Below the pieces are notes generated by a model. That model was not told the DNA's origin, searched no databases, and saw nothing but the letters and a program-made list of their open reading frames with translations. Shown here in pieces: positions 39,707 through 50,637 of a stretch of DNA of 64,000 nucleotides (positions within the stretch are counted from its first letter, which is position 1; every line of letters starts with the position of its first letter). The position numbers and the translations under genes were made by a program. Source of the DNA: a virus. Lineage: Duplodnaviria; Heunggongvirae; Uroviricota; Caudoviricetes. The DNA lies in the IMG/VR virus record IMGVR_UViG_3300044557_000292, positions 1-64,000 of that record; one strand, written 5' to 3'.

Positions 39707-41329
39707 TCACCCGGCGAGCGCGGTTGCCATCTGGTTCATCTTGTCCACGTCACGCATGACCATCCGCGCGTCAATCCTACCTGATTCCTCGAGCCGAGAT
39801 GCTGCCCCAGACAACCCCTCGACTGTACTCATGATCGACTCGTACTGCGACCTGTCCACGCTCTTAGCGATGACGGCCTGATTCTTGAGCGATTCCGTTA
39901 TAGTGAGGAGTCTATCCTTCTCCTCATCGCTGAGCACGGTTGACCTATCGATGAGGTCAACGAGCGAGTCAGTGGGGTCAGGCTCTGGGAGTACCCAGCG
40001 TTTCCCGTCATCATGATCATACGTGTTCTGTCTAACTGGAATACGAGCCTTACCATCAGAAGGATCAGGATCTTCTGATGGTTCAGTATTACCTCCGTCA
40101 AGGATGCTGGCGGAGTCTAGACGCCACTTCGGATGCAAGAGTGGTAGATGATCATACTGCTCTGGCGTGGTGAGCCTGGTTACCAATCGATTCTTCTTCT
40201 CGAGTAACGCTAGTATATGGTGTCTCTCACGTATCCCCCGGTGATGGACTAGGTGGGGGTCGCCCGCCGTTCCAGTCAACGCTAGGGCATACTTAATGAT
40301 CGTAGTGTCATCAGGATCCCCATCATACTCATCATGATCAAGTCCATCCGGAAGATCGTCACCAGTGAGCGCTAGCACGTACCGGGGGCTATCATACTCA
40401 TCATCACGGCGGACCCTGCCCCAGATCCTTACCTTCTCACCATGAAGACCGAACTTCCTCCGCATCCATTCCTCCGTCATCCAGATCGGGATGGAATCCC
40501 CATCCCATCGCACGAGCAGTATTGATCCCCCGTGACTAGCGCGGTCAATCTTCATCGTACTCCTCACGGAATCAGACCCAACACCCTTACGGAATAGTGA
40601 TCTCAAGACTCGGTGCATGCGATGAGTGAGCCTCTTCTGAATGAACTCATATGGCACCTTCATGAATACGAACAAGGAAACACATAAAATCACTATGGTA
40701 AAGTCGAATACTACATTGCTCATACTAGCATCGTTGGTGATGATGTCAGCAGCAATCTTACCTACCGGGAATGAACAGATTGCAATCGGGAGGCCTATTG
40801 CCCAATCATTACTAACGGCAGCAATGTCACTAGGTCTTGATTCAAGATCGTCACCATCGGCTCCGGAGGACCAGTACTGAACGCTCAGCGGATTGAACGC
40901 TTCGCTAGCTTCCTTGGAATCACTAGAATTGATACTAGAATCATTAGATGAATAATCCGTGAGATCATATCCGTAATGCAAGACGACACGATCATTTAAG
41001 ACACCGTTACGATCCACTTCCACCCGTGACGGGGGATACCTGCTGATCACGTACTGCACGTCTTTTTGGACGTGATCATAGAGGTACGCCTTCAACGGTG
41101 AAGCGTCATTGTAGATGAGATCAGATGATAATCCCCTCGGGAGGCTGACAATCACGTCTGTGCAACGCTCGGGGTTTCTCCCGTTCATGATAGACGTGCT
41201 GATCTTCATGAACCTTTTAGGATCGCGGTACACGAGGCCGGCAAGATCGTCTGACGCTTTGATAAGATTCAAGCCATCATCCAAGCTGTCATTCACGTTA
41301 TCTTTACTGATCGGCATCATAATAGACAT
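39707..41329 (-). CDS. Paralog family member 3 (TM hairpin)
   Basis: GVGS..VRST...LLVRWDGDSIPIWM. Confidence 0.8.
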   Translation of the reverse strand: MSIMMPISKDNVNDSLDDGLNLIKASDDLAGLVYRDPKRFMKISTSIMNGRNPERCTDVIVSLPRGLSSDLIYNDASPLKAYLYDHVQKDVQYVISRYPPSRVEVDRNGVLNDRVVLHYGYDLTDYSSNDSSINSSDSKEASEAFNPLSVQYWSSGADGDDLESRPSDIAAVSNDWAIGLPIAICSFPVGKIAADIITNDASMSNVVFDFTIVILCVSLFVFMKVPYEFIQKRLTHRMHRVLRSLFRKGVGSDSVRSTMKIDRASHGGSILLVRWDGDSIPIWMTEEWMRRKFGLHGEKVRIWGRVRRDDEYDSPRYVLALTGDDLPDGLDHDEYDGDPDDTTIIKYALALTGTAGDPHLVHHRGIRERHHILALLEKKNRLVTRLTTPEQYDHLPLLHPKWRLDSASILDGGNTEPSEDPDPSDGKARIPVRQNTYDHDDGKRWVLPEPDPTDSLVDLIDRSTVLSDEEKDRLLTITESLKNQAVIAKSVDRSQYESIMSTVEGLSGAASRLEESGRIDARMVMRDVDKMNQMATALAG

Positions 41330-41457
41330 GCTGATTGACTCCTTACCATCTTATGGCCTCCTATGATCATGATAACAGGGACCCTAGTCAAATGCAATCC
41401 TTACCTACCTGTTCATCTAGTAAAGAATTAGTAAAGAATCTTGACTAGACGTGAAGC

Positions 41458-41907
41458 TCATAGGAATAACGCGGCTGTAATCACGATCACGTGGATCACA
41501 ATCTTAACGGCTGGGTGCGGGACGTCCCTACTGTACGGGTAGTCTTTGAACCCGCGCCCAGTCCTCCTCATCCATGAGCGTATCATGACGGCTGGTACCA
41601 GGCTCGTGAACAGGTCTGTCAGTACGGCTATGACGATGACCACTTCCGGTACTGTTGACGTGTAGACTGTGCTCATGACGATGACTATGAGTAGTGCTGA
41701 CAGGGCGTCGTTAATCATACCGCGCGGATCATACCGCCCGTTCATGACGGTGATCATCCGGTTGAGCTCGGCGGTCTTCCCGTCATCTAACGCCTGCCCG
41801 TCACTATCATGGAGGAGTCTCCTATACCATGTCTGCACCATCCATAAGGCCGCCTCGGATATGATCCTGAGAACAGCCCATATGATGACGATGAACTGTA
41901 CTAGCAT
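41458..41907 (-). CDS. Hypothetical membrane protein
   Basis: 149 aa with about 4 TM segments. Confidence 0.65.
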   Translation of the reverse strand: MLVQFIVIIWAVLRIISEAALWMVQTWYRRLLHDSDGQALDDGKTAELNRMITVMNGRYDPRGMINDALSALLIVIVMSTVYTSTVPEVVIVIAVLTDLFTSLVPAVMIRSWMRRTGRGFKDYPYSRDVPHPAVKIVIHVIVITAALFL

Positions 41908-42015
41908 TAATCCGCATCTTTCGTTTCAGTCATTCGATCGTGCGCCAGACTATTAGCCTCTTGCATCTTCACCGTTAGGGTTGATAATCATCTGTTGGCA
42001 TGACCCCAACTCTAG

Positions 42016-42690
42016 TCAGATGTGGAAGTCAATGAAGAAGACATGCTCGCCGTCATGCTCGCGGAGGACGCTGAGCACATGCTCCTTCCAATCCTTGGGG
42101 TTAACGTTGCTCTCATGGAATCCGAACCATCCCGTTGGCCCATCCTCATCCCACCTGGGCTCACCGTTCTCATCCCTGTACACGATGCTAGACGGTACCC
42201 ATGGGCCATCACCACTCCAATCCTCGTCAGCGTCGTCACTAACGGGTATCTTCTCCACCTCAGCAGCGTAATCGGTCGTCGTCATCCCCTGCGAGGAATC
42301 GTCATAGACATCAGCGAACCTTCCACCGTACGTGTACCAATCCCACTTCGAGTCGGGATTGTACGTCGTGTGGTGGTTGCCATCCTCATCGAATTCATCC
42401 TCATAGCCAGGACCCCAGGACTTTAGCTCCCGATCGAAGACCTCATCATCCGTCATGCTTATCGTGTCAAGGAGCCTCTTCTTCTGCGCGTCACTAGCAT
42501 GGGAAGCCCACGAGTCTGGGTTCTTACTGGCAGCAATGAAGTCATCAGCTTCCCTCCTCACCCGCCTGATGATCTGCCCTCTCGTCTCGTCAACGTAATC
42601 AGAGCCCTCCTTATTCTCATCGAACTTCTCCAGTATGTCCTCATCGGGCTCTAACCCCGGTGAGACTAGCACTCCTACGAAATGGGTCAT
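42016..42690 (-). CDS. Conserved phage-type hypothetical protein
   Basis: MTHF...YNPDSKWDWY..GGRF...GWFG...DFHI pattern typical of phage hypotheticals; GGAGGAGG RBS. Confidence 0.8.
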   Translation of the reverse strand: MTHFVGVLVSPGLEPDEDILEKFDENKEGSDYVDETRGQIIRRVRREADDFIAASKNPDSWASHASDAQKKRLLDTISMTDDEVFDRELKSWGPGYEDEFDEDGNHHTTYNPDSKWDWYTYGGRFADVYDDSSQGMTTTDYAAEVEKIPVSDDADEDWSGDGPWVPSSIVYRDENGEPRWDEDGPTGWFGFHESNVNPKDWKEHVLSVLREHDGEHVFFIDFHI

Positions 42691-42993
42691 GATCCTCCTC
42701 CTGTGCAGTATATAGCCTATAAGAGACTATAAGCTCTTACGTTTCTCATATTAACAAAACAACTCGCTAATAGCAATTATTAAGATTCGTGATTCTACTG
42801 GCCAGCGCGCTCGTCTTTCCAGTCATCATGCAATGGCTTAGATTCGATTATCATCAGAACGCAACGTTCTACTATGCTTCTGATGATAGTTAGAACGGTA
42901 ACTCCCGGAAATGCGTCCTCACGTATAACGTTACTTCCCGAGCGATAAGCCACTGTAGAATCAAGAGATCGATGATGGGGATTCCAGGTCACT

Positions 42994-44553
42994 CTAGTAC
43001 TTCGAGTACTGGTTCTGATCCCTGGAGATAGCCCTGACCTCTTTCCTCGTGGCTGCGTCCATATTCTTCCAGCAGCTGCTCTTCATGAAGAAGTTCGTGA
43101 ACACCTCGTCACGGGCGAGCTCAACGATACGATGAGAGTCAAGCCATCCCCTCTTGCATCCAAGGGCTAGGGCTTTGTAATCACTGTCACTAGCGATTGG
43201 GCCCTGATCCACGTAAGCCCCCTCACCCCATCCGTCATCCTCGTACTCTTCGCTGGGATTAGACTTGAACGCACCAGAATCGAACATGCTACTCATGATC
43301 CTATCATCAGGATGCTTACCAGAACCGTACGTGAGGATGAGACTCGATCGCATACCGCTGATCTGTTCCTCCTGACTCCACTTCTCGGTGAGACTCGCAT
43401 CTATCAGAATAGCGTTATCGTCTAGGGCTTTACGGTCAATGATCTTGATAGCATCATTGGCCATGAGTCTGGTGGATTCCCCGTACCTCGGCTCGTCACG
43501 GACCTGTTTGATGAAGCTGATGTGATCGTCTATCATAGATGAGGCCGAGTTGAGGTCATTCAGGTTCAATCCTAGCCTATTAGTCCTATTGAGTATCGCG
43601 TTCAGCTTCTTCGGGTCTACCTCCCCCGCCTTCTCATCGTGGATAAGACGTGGGATATGCTCTGACTTGTAGACGAGGCCTGGTGGGATGCTTCCATCAG
43701 TAATATTCTTCTCAATAGCGTCATCATTAGCATGCCGCTTCGAGTACTCACGATACGCGCTGTACGCATACGACATCGTGTAATCATCATGAGGGTTTCT
43801 CATGATTGTCTTCAGGTCATCATCACGGAACAGGTCGGGGCGGAGGGCTATGATGTCAGCATCATGATCATCTGACCTGTAGTCTGTCCTCATAGTCCCC
43901 GTCAACCGCGTGAGCTTAAGAGCGTTCTCCCTGCTAATCTTATCCACACGCCCGTTCTGCACCATTGACCTGAATGCTATGGAAGCAGACGCTGTTCCAC
44001 TACGATCAATGATTCCATCATGTGGCCTAGACCCGTGCTTGATGGCCATGCTAAGCTCTTCATCTGTAGACGTGCCCTTAAGAGCGTCGTAGTATCTCAT
44101 GGACACGGGATCATTACCAGCAATGAGGATGGATCGTGAAAGATCAAACTGATAGGGGGCTATGATGACGACCTCGTCTTTCGGTATGATCTCACCGTTA
44201 CTCTCACGATCAAGCTGATCCATGAGCCGATCGTCTAGTTCTGCCGCGTGCTCGGCCGTATAGGCTTCTGACGCAGCACTGAACTCATTGATCTTATCCA
44301 GATCAGGCTTTGACCCCGTCTTCCCACCTAGCGTCTTTCGAAGCGGCATCAGTGAAGCCGATGATGCAGCCTGTTCCCCAGTTTTAATCTGTTCTCCATT
44401 CGGACCACGCCAGTACCCCCTCACGTGATGCCCGGCTGACTCATGGGGCTTCACCCAGATAGCGCCCTTAACCGGAGGACTATCGTTACCAGTTGACTCT
44501 TCACCGCGTACCATGTCTTCATCCTCCCCGCTTGATGATATGAATTGACGCAA
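42994..44553 (-). CDS. Hypothetical protein with N-terminal IWV.PH...G..VRGYWRGPNG motif
   Basis: 519-aa ORF; motif shared with 6300..7022. Confidence 0.8.
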   Translation of the reverse strand: MRQFISSSGEDEDMVRGEESTGNDSPPVKGAIWVKPHESAGHHVRGYWRGPNGEQIKTGEQAASSASLMPLRKTLGGKTGSKPDLDKINEFSAASEAYTAEHAAELDDRLMDQLDRESNGEIIPKDEVVIIAPYQFDLSRSILIAGNDPVSMRYYDALKGTSTDEELSMAIKHGSRPHDGIIDRSGTASASIAFRSMVQNGRVDKISRENALKLTRLTGTMRTDYRSDDHDADIIALRPDLFRDDDLKTIMRNPHDDYTMSYAYSAYREYSKRHANDDAIEKNITDGSIPPGLVYKSEHIPRLIHDEKAGEVDPKKLNAILNRTNRLGLNLNDLNSASSMIDDHISFIKQVRDEPRYGESTRLMANDAIKIIDRKALDDNAILIDASLTEKWSQEEQISGMRSSLILTYGSGKHPDDRIMSSMFDSGAFKSNPSEEYEDDGWGEGAYVDQGPIASDSDYKALALGCKRGWLDSHRIVELARDEVFTNFFMKSSCWKNMDAATRKEVRAISRDQNQYSKY

Positions 44554-44712
44554 ATCTTACAATGAGAACCAATAAGACATCCTATTGTAAAGCATTCCTA
44601 TCTTATCACAATATTTGATCCAACTCAAAATCTAACTCGAGAAGAGCATCATGCTGGTTGCATTAATAAGATAGATGCACAAAACGTGGTGAAGATGAAG
44701 GAGCCTGCCACC

Positions 44713-44741
44713 GGCGCGTCGCGATCATCTGTTGTTATAAT
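44713..44741 (+). promoter_or_regulatory. GGCGCGTC-N13-GTTATAAT promoter
   Basis: Precedes the 44789 gene, which has an AAGGAG RBS. Confidence 0.7.
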
Positions 44742-44788
44742 GGAATCGTCAGGAAGAAACGGATAATCCCACAATTCAAGGAGTCGTC

Positions 44789-45112
44789 ATGTACGGATCG
44801 GTCATCAACATGCTTGCCACGCGCCCCCAGGAGAAGTACCCCGATGCTCACGTCGGTGATGGCGTCACGTTCGTCTACTGGTCTGACCGCACCGTGGGCA
44901 CGGTCGTGAGGGTCGAGACCCCGAATCGATGCGTGGTCAAGGATGACATCGTGGTCACGGCTGATGACGGCATCCACGCGAAGACCATCACGAGGGACCC
45001 AGACGCCCCCGAGGCCACCCTCCTCCGCACGAAGAAAGGATGGAAGGTCAAGGGGGAGCCAATCCGTGTGCTCATGGGAGTACGCGATTACTACTACGAT
45101 ATTGGCTTCTGA
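44789..45112 (+). CDS. Conserved phage-type hypothetical protein
   Basis: VGDGVT...WSDR..GTV...G.RDYYYD.GF. Confidence 0.8.
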   Translation: MYGSVINMLATRPQEKYPDAHVGDGVTFVYWSDRTVGTVVRVETPNRCVVKDDIVVTADDGIHAKTITRDPDAPEATLLRTKKGWKVKGEPIRVLMGVRDYYYDIGF

Positions 45113-45177
45113 CCTTCAGAATCCTTCCTTAATAAACTTATAGCGTTGTCAACAAGCCAGATTAAAAGGAGAACCAG

Positions 45178-46307
45178 ATGACACCTCGCGTCAGTCAAGA
45201 TCATCGACCGGATCACGCCTATCCCGGGCGCTGATAGGATCACCGCCGCGCACATCGGGGGGATGGCCCGTCGTCGTGTCCAGGAACGACTATAAAGCTG
45301 GGGATAAGATCGTGTACTTCGAGCCAGATTCCATGCTGCCCCTGAGCAACCCGCTCTTCGCGCCATTGGAATCACGGGGGAAGCACGCTGAGAACAGCCG
45401 GGGTGAGGAGTGCGTCGTCCTCAAGACCATCAGCCTCCGCGGTCAGGTATCACAGGGCCTCGCCATGCCCCTAGGGAGAACTGGGGCTCCCAGAGTCAAT
45501 CGCTCCGGGTGTTGATGTTTCAGACGTACTTGGTGTTGAGAAGTATGATCCACCTGAGGTCATCATGAACAACATGACCCTTCGACCAATGCCGGGGTTC
45601 ATCGTGAAGACGGATGAGGAGAGGGTACAAAACCTACCCGAGCTTGTGGACTGGATTCGAGAAGATCCATCACGTGCAGGAATCTACCATGCGTCTGAGA
45701 AACTAGACGGGACCTCAACGAGCTTCTACGGTATGTATGATGAGGATGGAAACGTGGGGCATGGTGCTTGCTCTCGTAATAATGAGATCATTGAGCCGGA
45801 AGACCACTCAATCAACATTTACTGGAGGATCTTCGATAAGTACAGTATTCTGGACCGATTGAACAAGATTCACGATCGTTATCCCTCCGCCCGCACGATC
45901 GTGATTCAGGGTGAGGCGACAGGCCGGGGATCAATGGGAATAGGCTCGGGAGGAAGAGTCTCGAATTCCACGCGTTCAATGTTCTCATTGATCATACTCG
46001 TCTTGAACCATGCCGGCCATTGATCATGATGACGGGGGATGATGGAGTGGTGCACCCAGGACGGGGTCTTGTTGATATTCTAGGTGACATCGCGGTTCCA
46101 CAGCTTAATACTAAGCTGGGTGACTCCGACCTCACGATGGATGGGATCATTGGCTTGTCGGATGGCCTGCGGTCTGATCTTGAACCAGGCAGGCTGGCCG
46201 AGGGGATCGTGTAGAGGTATGACGGTCGCCCAGTTCCAGGAATGGACTCAGAGTGGCGTCACTTCAAAGTCATTAACAACACTTACCTTCTTAAGGACAA
46301 GAGATGA
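45178..46307 (+). pseudogene. ATP-dependent RNA ligase (DRB0094/Rnl5-like), interrupted by several frameshifts and one TAG
   Basis: Pieces across frames: LASVKII..I.PIPGADRI, GDKIVYFEPDSMLP, LRGQVSQGLAMPL, KTDEERVQNL, SEKLDGTS, CSRN, IQGE, EGIV*, FKVINN.YLLK. Confidence 0.85.
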
Positions 46308-46447
46308 ACTCAAGTATGGGGGTTAGCTTTTCCTAGTTAAGGGAAACTGTGCTCAATGCGGCGCGTCGCGGGATGTCTCATCGTGGGCCACGTTATAATG
46401 GAATCGTAAGTGAAAAACAGAAGATGTTTTAATCGAACGGAGATCTA

Positions 46448-46872
46448 ATGAAGACAAGGTACATCGCGCGGTTCAACCTCACGAATCCCATTGACGATGA
46501 TGCAATCGAAGCTGCCAATGAGTATCTTCAGTCTGATGACATGACCCAGTTCATCGATAATGACTTGAAGCCGATTATCCACAGCATTAAGTGGAAGCTT
46601 GATGATGAAGATTCCGGGGGGATCATCGTGCTGGCGAATCGTGAGCTCACGAGGGATGAATCATCCAGGCTCAGTAAGTGGATTAGCGGGCAGTGCAGTG
46701 ACGGTCTTGGTGAGGGCTTCGACAGCAGCCATTCGCCATCCATGAACCCGAGGATGACCGTTATGATGCTTACAGTGATGATTACGGGTACTACGATGAC
46801 TACTCCACGTCATCATTTGACTGGAAGACGAATGATTACCGTCTCCGCCCATCAATATTCACGTGGGAGTAA
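46448..46872 (+). CDS. Hypothetical phage-type protein with one apparent frameshift near 46722
   Basis: WISGQCSDGLGEGF continues as QQPF in another frame; promoter at 46360-46399. Confidence 0.6.
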
Positions 46873-46923
46873 TTGCATCAACTAACTCGCACTGATAACC
46901 CTTTATCTTCACGTGGCTAATGA

Positions 46924-49332
46924 TCATGCTAGCGAGATGAGCCCAGCGATGTCCCCCTCGATCTTACCCGCGAGCCCGAGGTCTCCCATGCTATAGAGCG
47001 ACCACTCGTCAGACGCGTCTATACCACTCCTATCATAGAATCCCGTGGGCTGAGTGTCAACCACGCTGATATGATTCTTCACCTGAACGCCATTCCTAGT
47101 AGCATCAACGGTCTTCTCAAGATTGAACCCAAGATTATCACCACAGTCCGTCACGAGGATGATCTCATTCCTCGTCCTTATCGGTAGCTTCTGCATGATC
47201 TGCTGGTACACGTAGCCGAAAGCATTGCCTCCATTAGCGTGAGGGTCAAGCTCGTCATAATTCTCAGACCACTTCTTGAGATTCTCGTTATACGTGAAGA
47301 ATATTACCCCTTGAATATCCATACGCTTTCTGAGATCCTCAACCATGAGCCCAATCTCACGGGCTTTCTCACTCCACTCCTGCTCCATGGAACCCGACAC
47401 GTCGAGGCCAATGAGGACGTTCACGCCCGTAGCCCTGAGCTTACGCTTGCCCTTCATCATGTCAGCATTCGAGAACTCCTTCCTACTCGAGCGGAAGTAC
47501 GTGTACTCGACCTGCGCTGTCTTCGAACCCACGCCAATCACGTCCTGGCGGTCAGAATCAATGATTGTTATCCTCTTCGGGGTGTTCTTGCACTCGATCC
47601 TCTTCACCCAGTTACCCGCCATCCGCGAGCTGTCACTCTCATCACGGCTGATCATGATTGGGAGGGGGATAGCCGGGTCATATGACCTCGCATGTCCACT
47701 GGGCTCATCTTCACCAGTGTCAGGATGCCACTCGCCGGGATTCTCCATTGGAGCAGAATCGTCCTTCTCAACGCTACTGGGCGTAGCGTCCTGAACGCTT
47801 CCATCGCCATCGCCGCGCTTACCGTCATCATCGTCAGACGGTAGACCAGCAGCCAAGGGTTGAGGCTTAGCGCCGGCAAGCTCGAACGCCTTCCTGAGTC
47901 GCTTCTGATTCCTGAGCTGCATCTCAAGACGCTTGATCTTATGCGCCCTCTTCTCCTCGGCTATCCTAGACCGTTTGTCACGACGCTCATCCGACGTGAG
48001 ACGCTTGATCTCGTCATTAATCCTCTTCTTCATCCCCTCAAGACGGGGTGAAGTCTTACCGTCCTTGGCCTCCCTCCTGGCTATCTTATCAAGCTGGTCT
48101 GAGAGCCGGTTCACCCTTCGCTCGTCCTCCAGGTTGACCTCATCTAGGAAACGATTCGTCTTCCTGTCACGATCAACCTCCCTACCGATCTCGTCAATAT
48201 CCTGGTCAAGATCGTTAAGCATGGATGAGAGCAGCTGTCTCATTGCTGTCATCGGTATCTTACTGATCTCGTCCATCAGCTTATCACTGCCAGCGGCATC
48301 CCCATCCGACCCACTATGCTTCGACGCGCCCGCATCGCCAGATGGGCTATTGGAAGCATCATGATTGGGATTATCGTGAGCACTGCCGGTGGGCTTGACC
48401 CCAGCATGACCCTGGCCATCTGGGCTACCATCACCGTCGGCACTTGAACCAGAACCAGGACCGGAATCATCACCATTATCCTGGGGAGCACCCATCCGCC
48501 TCAGAAGATCTCTCAGCGGGCTGTCATCTGGGGCGTCGGCGTCACTGCTCCCTGGGCTATCATTCTGATCAGAGTCCTCGCCCTCGTCACCATTGCTATC
48601 GCCATCATCATTCTGGGAACCAGGATCATTAGACTCGTCCCCGTTGCCTGGAGATGCGTCTCCGTCATCCCAGCCGTCCTCCTGGTTCTTATCCTCCTCG
48701 TTATGGAGCTGCTCGAGGACCTGAGGGAGCATCTCCTCGGGAAACCGCGCCCTGTCATCAGTGAGGTATTGTCCACATACCTCACGGGTGATCATCTTAA
48801 CTTCCTCAAGGGTCTCAAGATGCTTCACGCCAACGTTATGATGGTACTCGACCAGACTCGTGCTGCAGATGCACTTGTCAGACAGTGTTTCTATAACAAT
48901 GTCCTGTACGACGTTATCGACCCATGCTAGTAGTCGCGCGTCGAATCTCAGAACGTTGCCCTCAGAGTAGATGATCTTACCGATCATTGACCGCAGCGTG
49001 GTCTTACGTAGGGTCGTGAACTGCGAAGAGTTAAAGAGGGTGAGGTGCCCCATCTCGTGCTGGAAGAGGGCCTCCTGCATGGGCTTACTGTAATTCGCGT
49101 TGATGACGATCTCGTGGGTACGACTGCTCGTGACGGCCAGCTCGTCGTAATCATAGTCTAGCACGACCCTGAACTTGAGATCTAGTACAGCATTCACGAG
49201 ACGATAACTGTCAGTGAGCGTTGCGGGGTCAACTACCCTGCGCCCATGCCTGCCTGGAGTCCTGTACTTCTTATGGTACGTCCAGAGGTCCCCGTACTTG
49301 AAATTCTTCTTGAACCATCTCCGTGTGGTCAT
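46924..49332 (-). CDS. vWA-domain protein with N-terminal HExxH metallopeptidase-like domain
   Basis: LFQHEMGHL, acidic Gly-rich linker, MIDAS motif LDVSGSM, ILVTDCG. Confidence 0.85.
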   Translation of the reverse strand: MTTRRWFKKNFKYGDLWTYHKKYRTPGRHGRRVVDPATLTDSYRLVNAVLDLKFRVVLDYDYDELAVTSSRTHEIVINANYSKPMQEALFQHEMGHLTLFNSSQFTTLRKTTLRSMIGKIIYSEGNVLRFDARLLAWVDNVVQDIVIETLSDKCICSTSLVEYHHNVGVKHLETLEEVKMITREVCGQYLTDDRARFPEEMLPQVLEQLHNEEDKNQEDGWDDGDASPGNGDESNDPGSQNDDGDSNGDEGEDSDQNDSPGSSDADAPDDSPLRDLLRRMGAPQDNGDDSGPGSGSSADGDGSPDGQGHAGVKPTGSAHDNPNHDASNSPSGDAGASKHSGSDGDAAGSDKLMDEISKIPMTAMRQLLSSMLNDLDQDIDEIGREVDRDRKTNRFLDEVNLEDERRVNRLSDQLDKIARREAKDGKTSPRLEGMKKRINDEIKRLTSDERRDKRSRIAEEKRAHKIKRLEMQLRNQKRLRKAFELAGAKPQPLAAGLPSDDDDGKRGDGDGSVQDATPSSVEKDDSAPMENPGEWHPDTGEDEPSGHARSYDPAIPLPIMISRDESDSSRMAGNWVKRIECKNTPKRITIIDSDRQDVIGVGSKTAQVEYTYFRSSRKEFSNADMMKGKRKLRATGVNVLIGLDVSGSMEQEWSEKAREIGLMVEDLRKRMDIQGVIFFTYNENLKKWSENYDELDPHANGGNAFGYVYQQIMQKLPIRTRNEIILVTDCGDNLGFNLEKTVDATRNGVQVKNHISVVDTQPTGFYDRSGIDASDEWSLYSMGDLGLAGKIEGDIAGLISLA

Positions 49333-50426
49333 ATGAGAACCTTCTCCTCTGGTAGCCTCGTCTCGTCAGTCTCCCAGTCGACATCAAACTTGCTCTTGAG
49401 CAGCTGTATGGCGGTTGAGTACACCTTGGGGTTCACGATCTTCCTCGCGAATCCCTTAGACCGGCCGTAGCTATGAGAATTGTGGATGGACTGCTGCACC
49501 CAGAGGACCTGCTGGTATTCTGACACCACGTCATCGGGCTCACGCTTCCACTCGACGTATTGGACGTTATCACCCTCAACCCTGACTGGCCGTCCGGATG
49601 CGAAGACCTCACTACCGAGGAAGTCCATATCCCTCGCGAAGTCAAGTGCTCCCGTTCCGAACCCCGCGATGAGGGACACCTTCTCGTAATCACTAAGATT
49701 ATCGTAATCGTTGATGAGGCAGACGTTATCGACGAGGGCGGAGCTCAGGTTACTGTACTCAACGTAGTCAGCGATATCAGACAAGTCGGCCGGCTTGATA
49801 GTCCCCGATGGGATCTCGATGTCATGCTTCCTGGACACGTACTTGTAGTCATCGATTATTGGCAGCATGCATAGACGACGCCTGAACGCGCCCGACAGCT
49901 TCTTCGCCGCGAAGAGAGCGTCATCACCGGGTGGGTTGCACGCACCGATGATGTGGGTGGTGCGGGGGAGCTCCAGGCCGTTGATCACGAAGTCTGAGAA
50001 CATCTTCTGGAAGCCCGCGAGCGTGTCGGGCGTCGTGTTGTTGAACTCGTCCACGAAGATGATGCAGTGACCAGCAAGTGCCTTCTCCGCCCATGATGGC
50101 AACGCGGGCACGGTCTCCCACCGCCCGTTGACCTTCTCCCTCGCACCGAGCCCGATGATGTCTGTTGGCTCGATGCACGCTAGGTTGAGATCAATGAGCT
50201 CGTACCCTATCCGCCTCGCGTACTTGGCTATCACGGAGCTCTTACCCACGCCTGGCTTCGAGATGAGGATGGTCACGAACCTGTTCTCATCGGTGACACG
50301 ATCATCATCCTCGAAGTTCTTGAATATCCGGCCAATCATGTCCACTGAATCGTCTATCGTCTGCGTGAACAATTGGTGAAGTGCCATGAAAACCCCCTTT
50401 ATATAGTGATGAGCCCATCTTATCAC
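49329..50426 (-). CDS. MoxR-like AAA+ ATPase
   Basis: SKPGVGKS Walker A, EPTDIIGL, IFVDEFN Walker B, GACNP; coupled to the vWA gene. Confidence 0.9.
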   Translation of the reverse strand: MIRWAHHYIKGVFMALHQLFTQTIDDSVDMIGRIFKNFEDDDRVTDENRFVTILISKPGVGKSSVIAKYARRIGYELIDLNLACIEPTDIIGLGAREKVNGRWETVPALPSWAEKALAGHCIIFVDEFNNTTPDTLAGFQKMFSDFVINGLELPRTTHIIGACNPPGDDALFAAKKLSGAFRRRLCMLPIIDDYKYVSRKHDIEIPSGTIKPADLSDIADYVEYSNLSSALVDNVCLINDYDNLSDYEKVSLIAGFGTGALDFARDMDFLGSEVFASGRPVRVEGDNVQYVEWKREPDDVVSEYQQVLWVQQSIHNSHSYGRSKGFARKIVNPKVYSTAIQLLKSKFDVDWETDETRLPEEKVLI

Positions 50427-50637
50427 GGGTGATCGTGAAATGCAATAAGACCATCCACCTGTTAAAAACGCGCCGTGAGGCAGGACGTACTAATTTCTAA
50501 TTTCCTATAGAATACGGTACCAGTCAGCACGTCGAGCATGATAGTTGACAGCTCCCCGTAGACGACGTAAGATGTGAATCAGTTATCAAAAATCAATACC
50601 AATTCGCATTATCGTATCTTGAAGGAGGATCCCCCAC

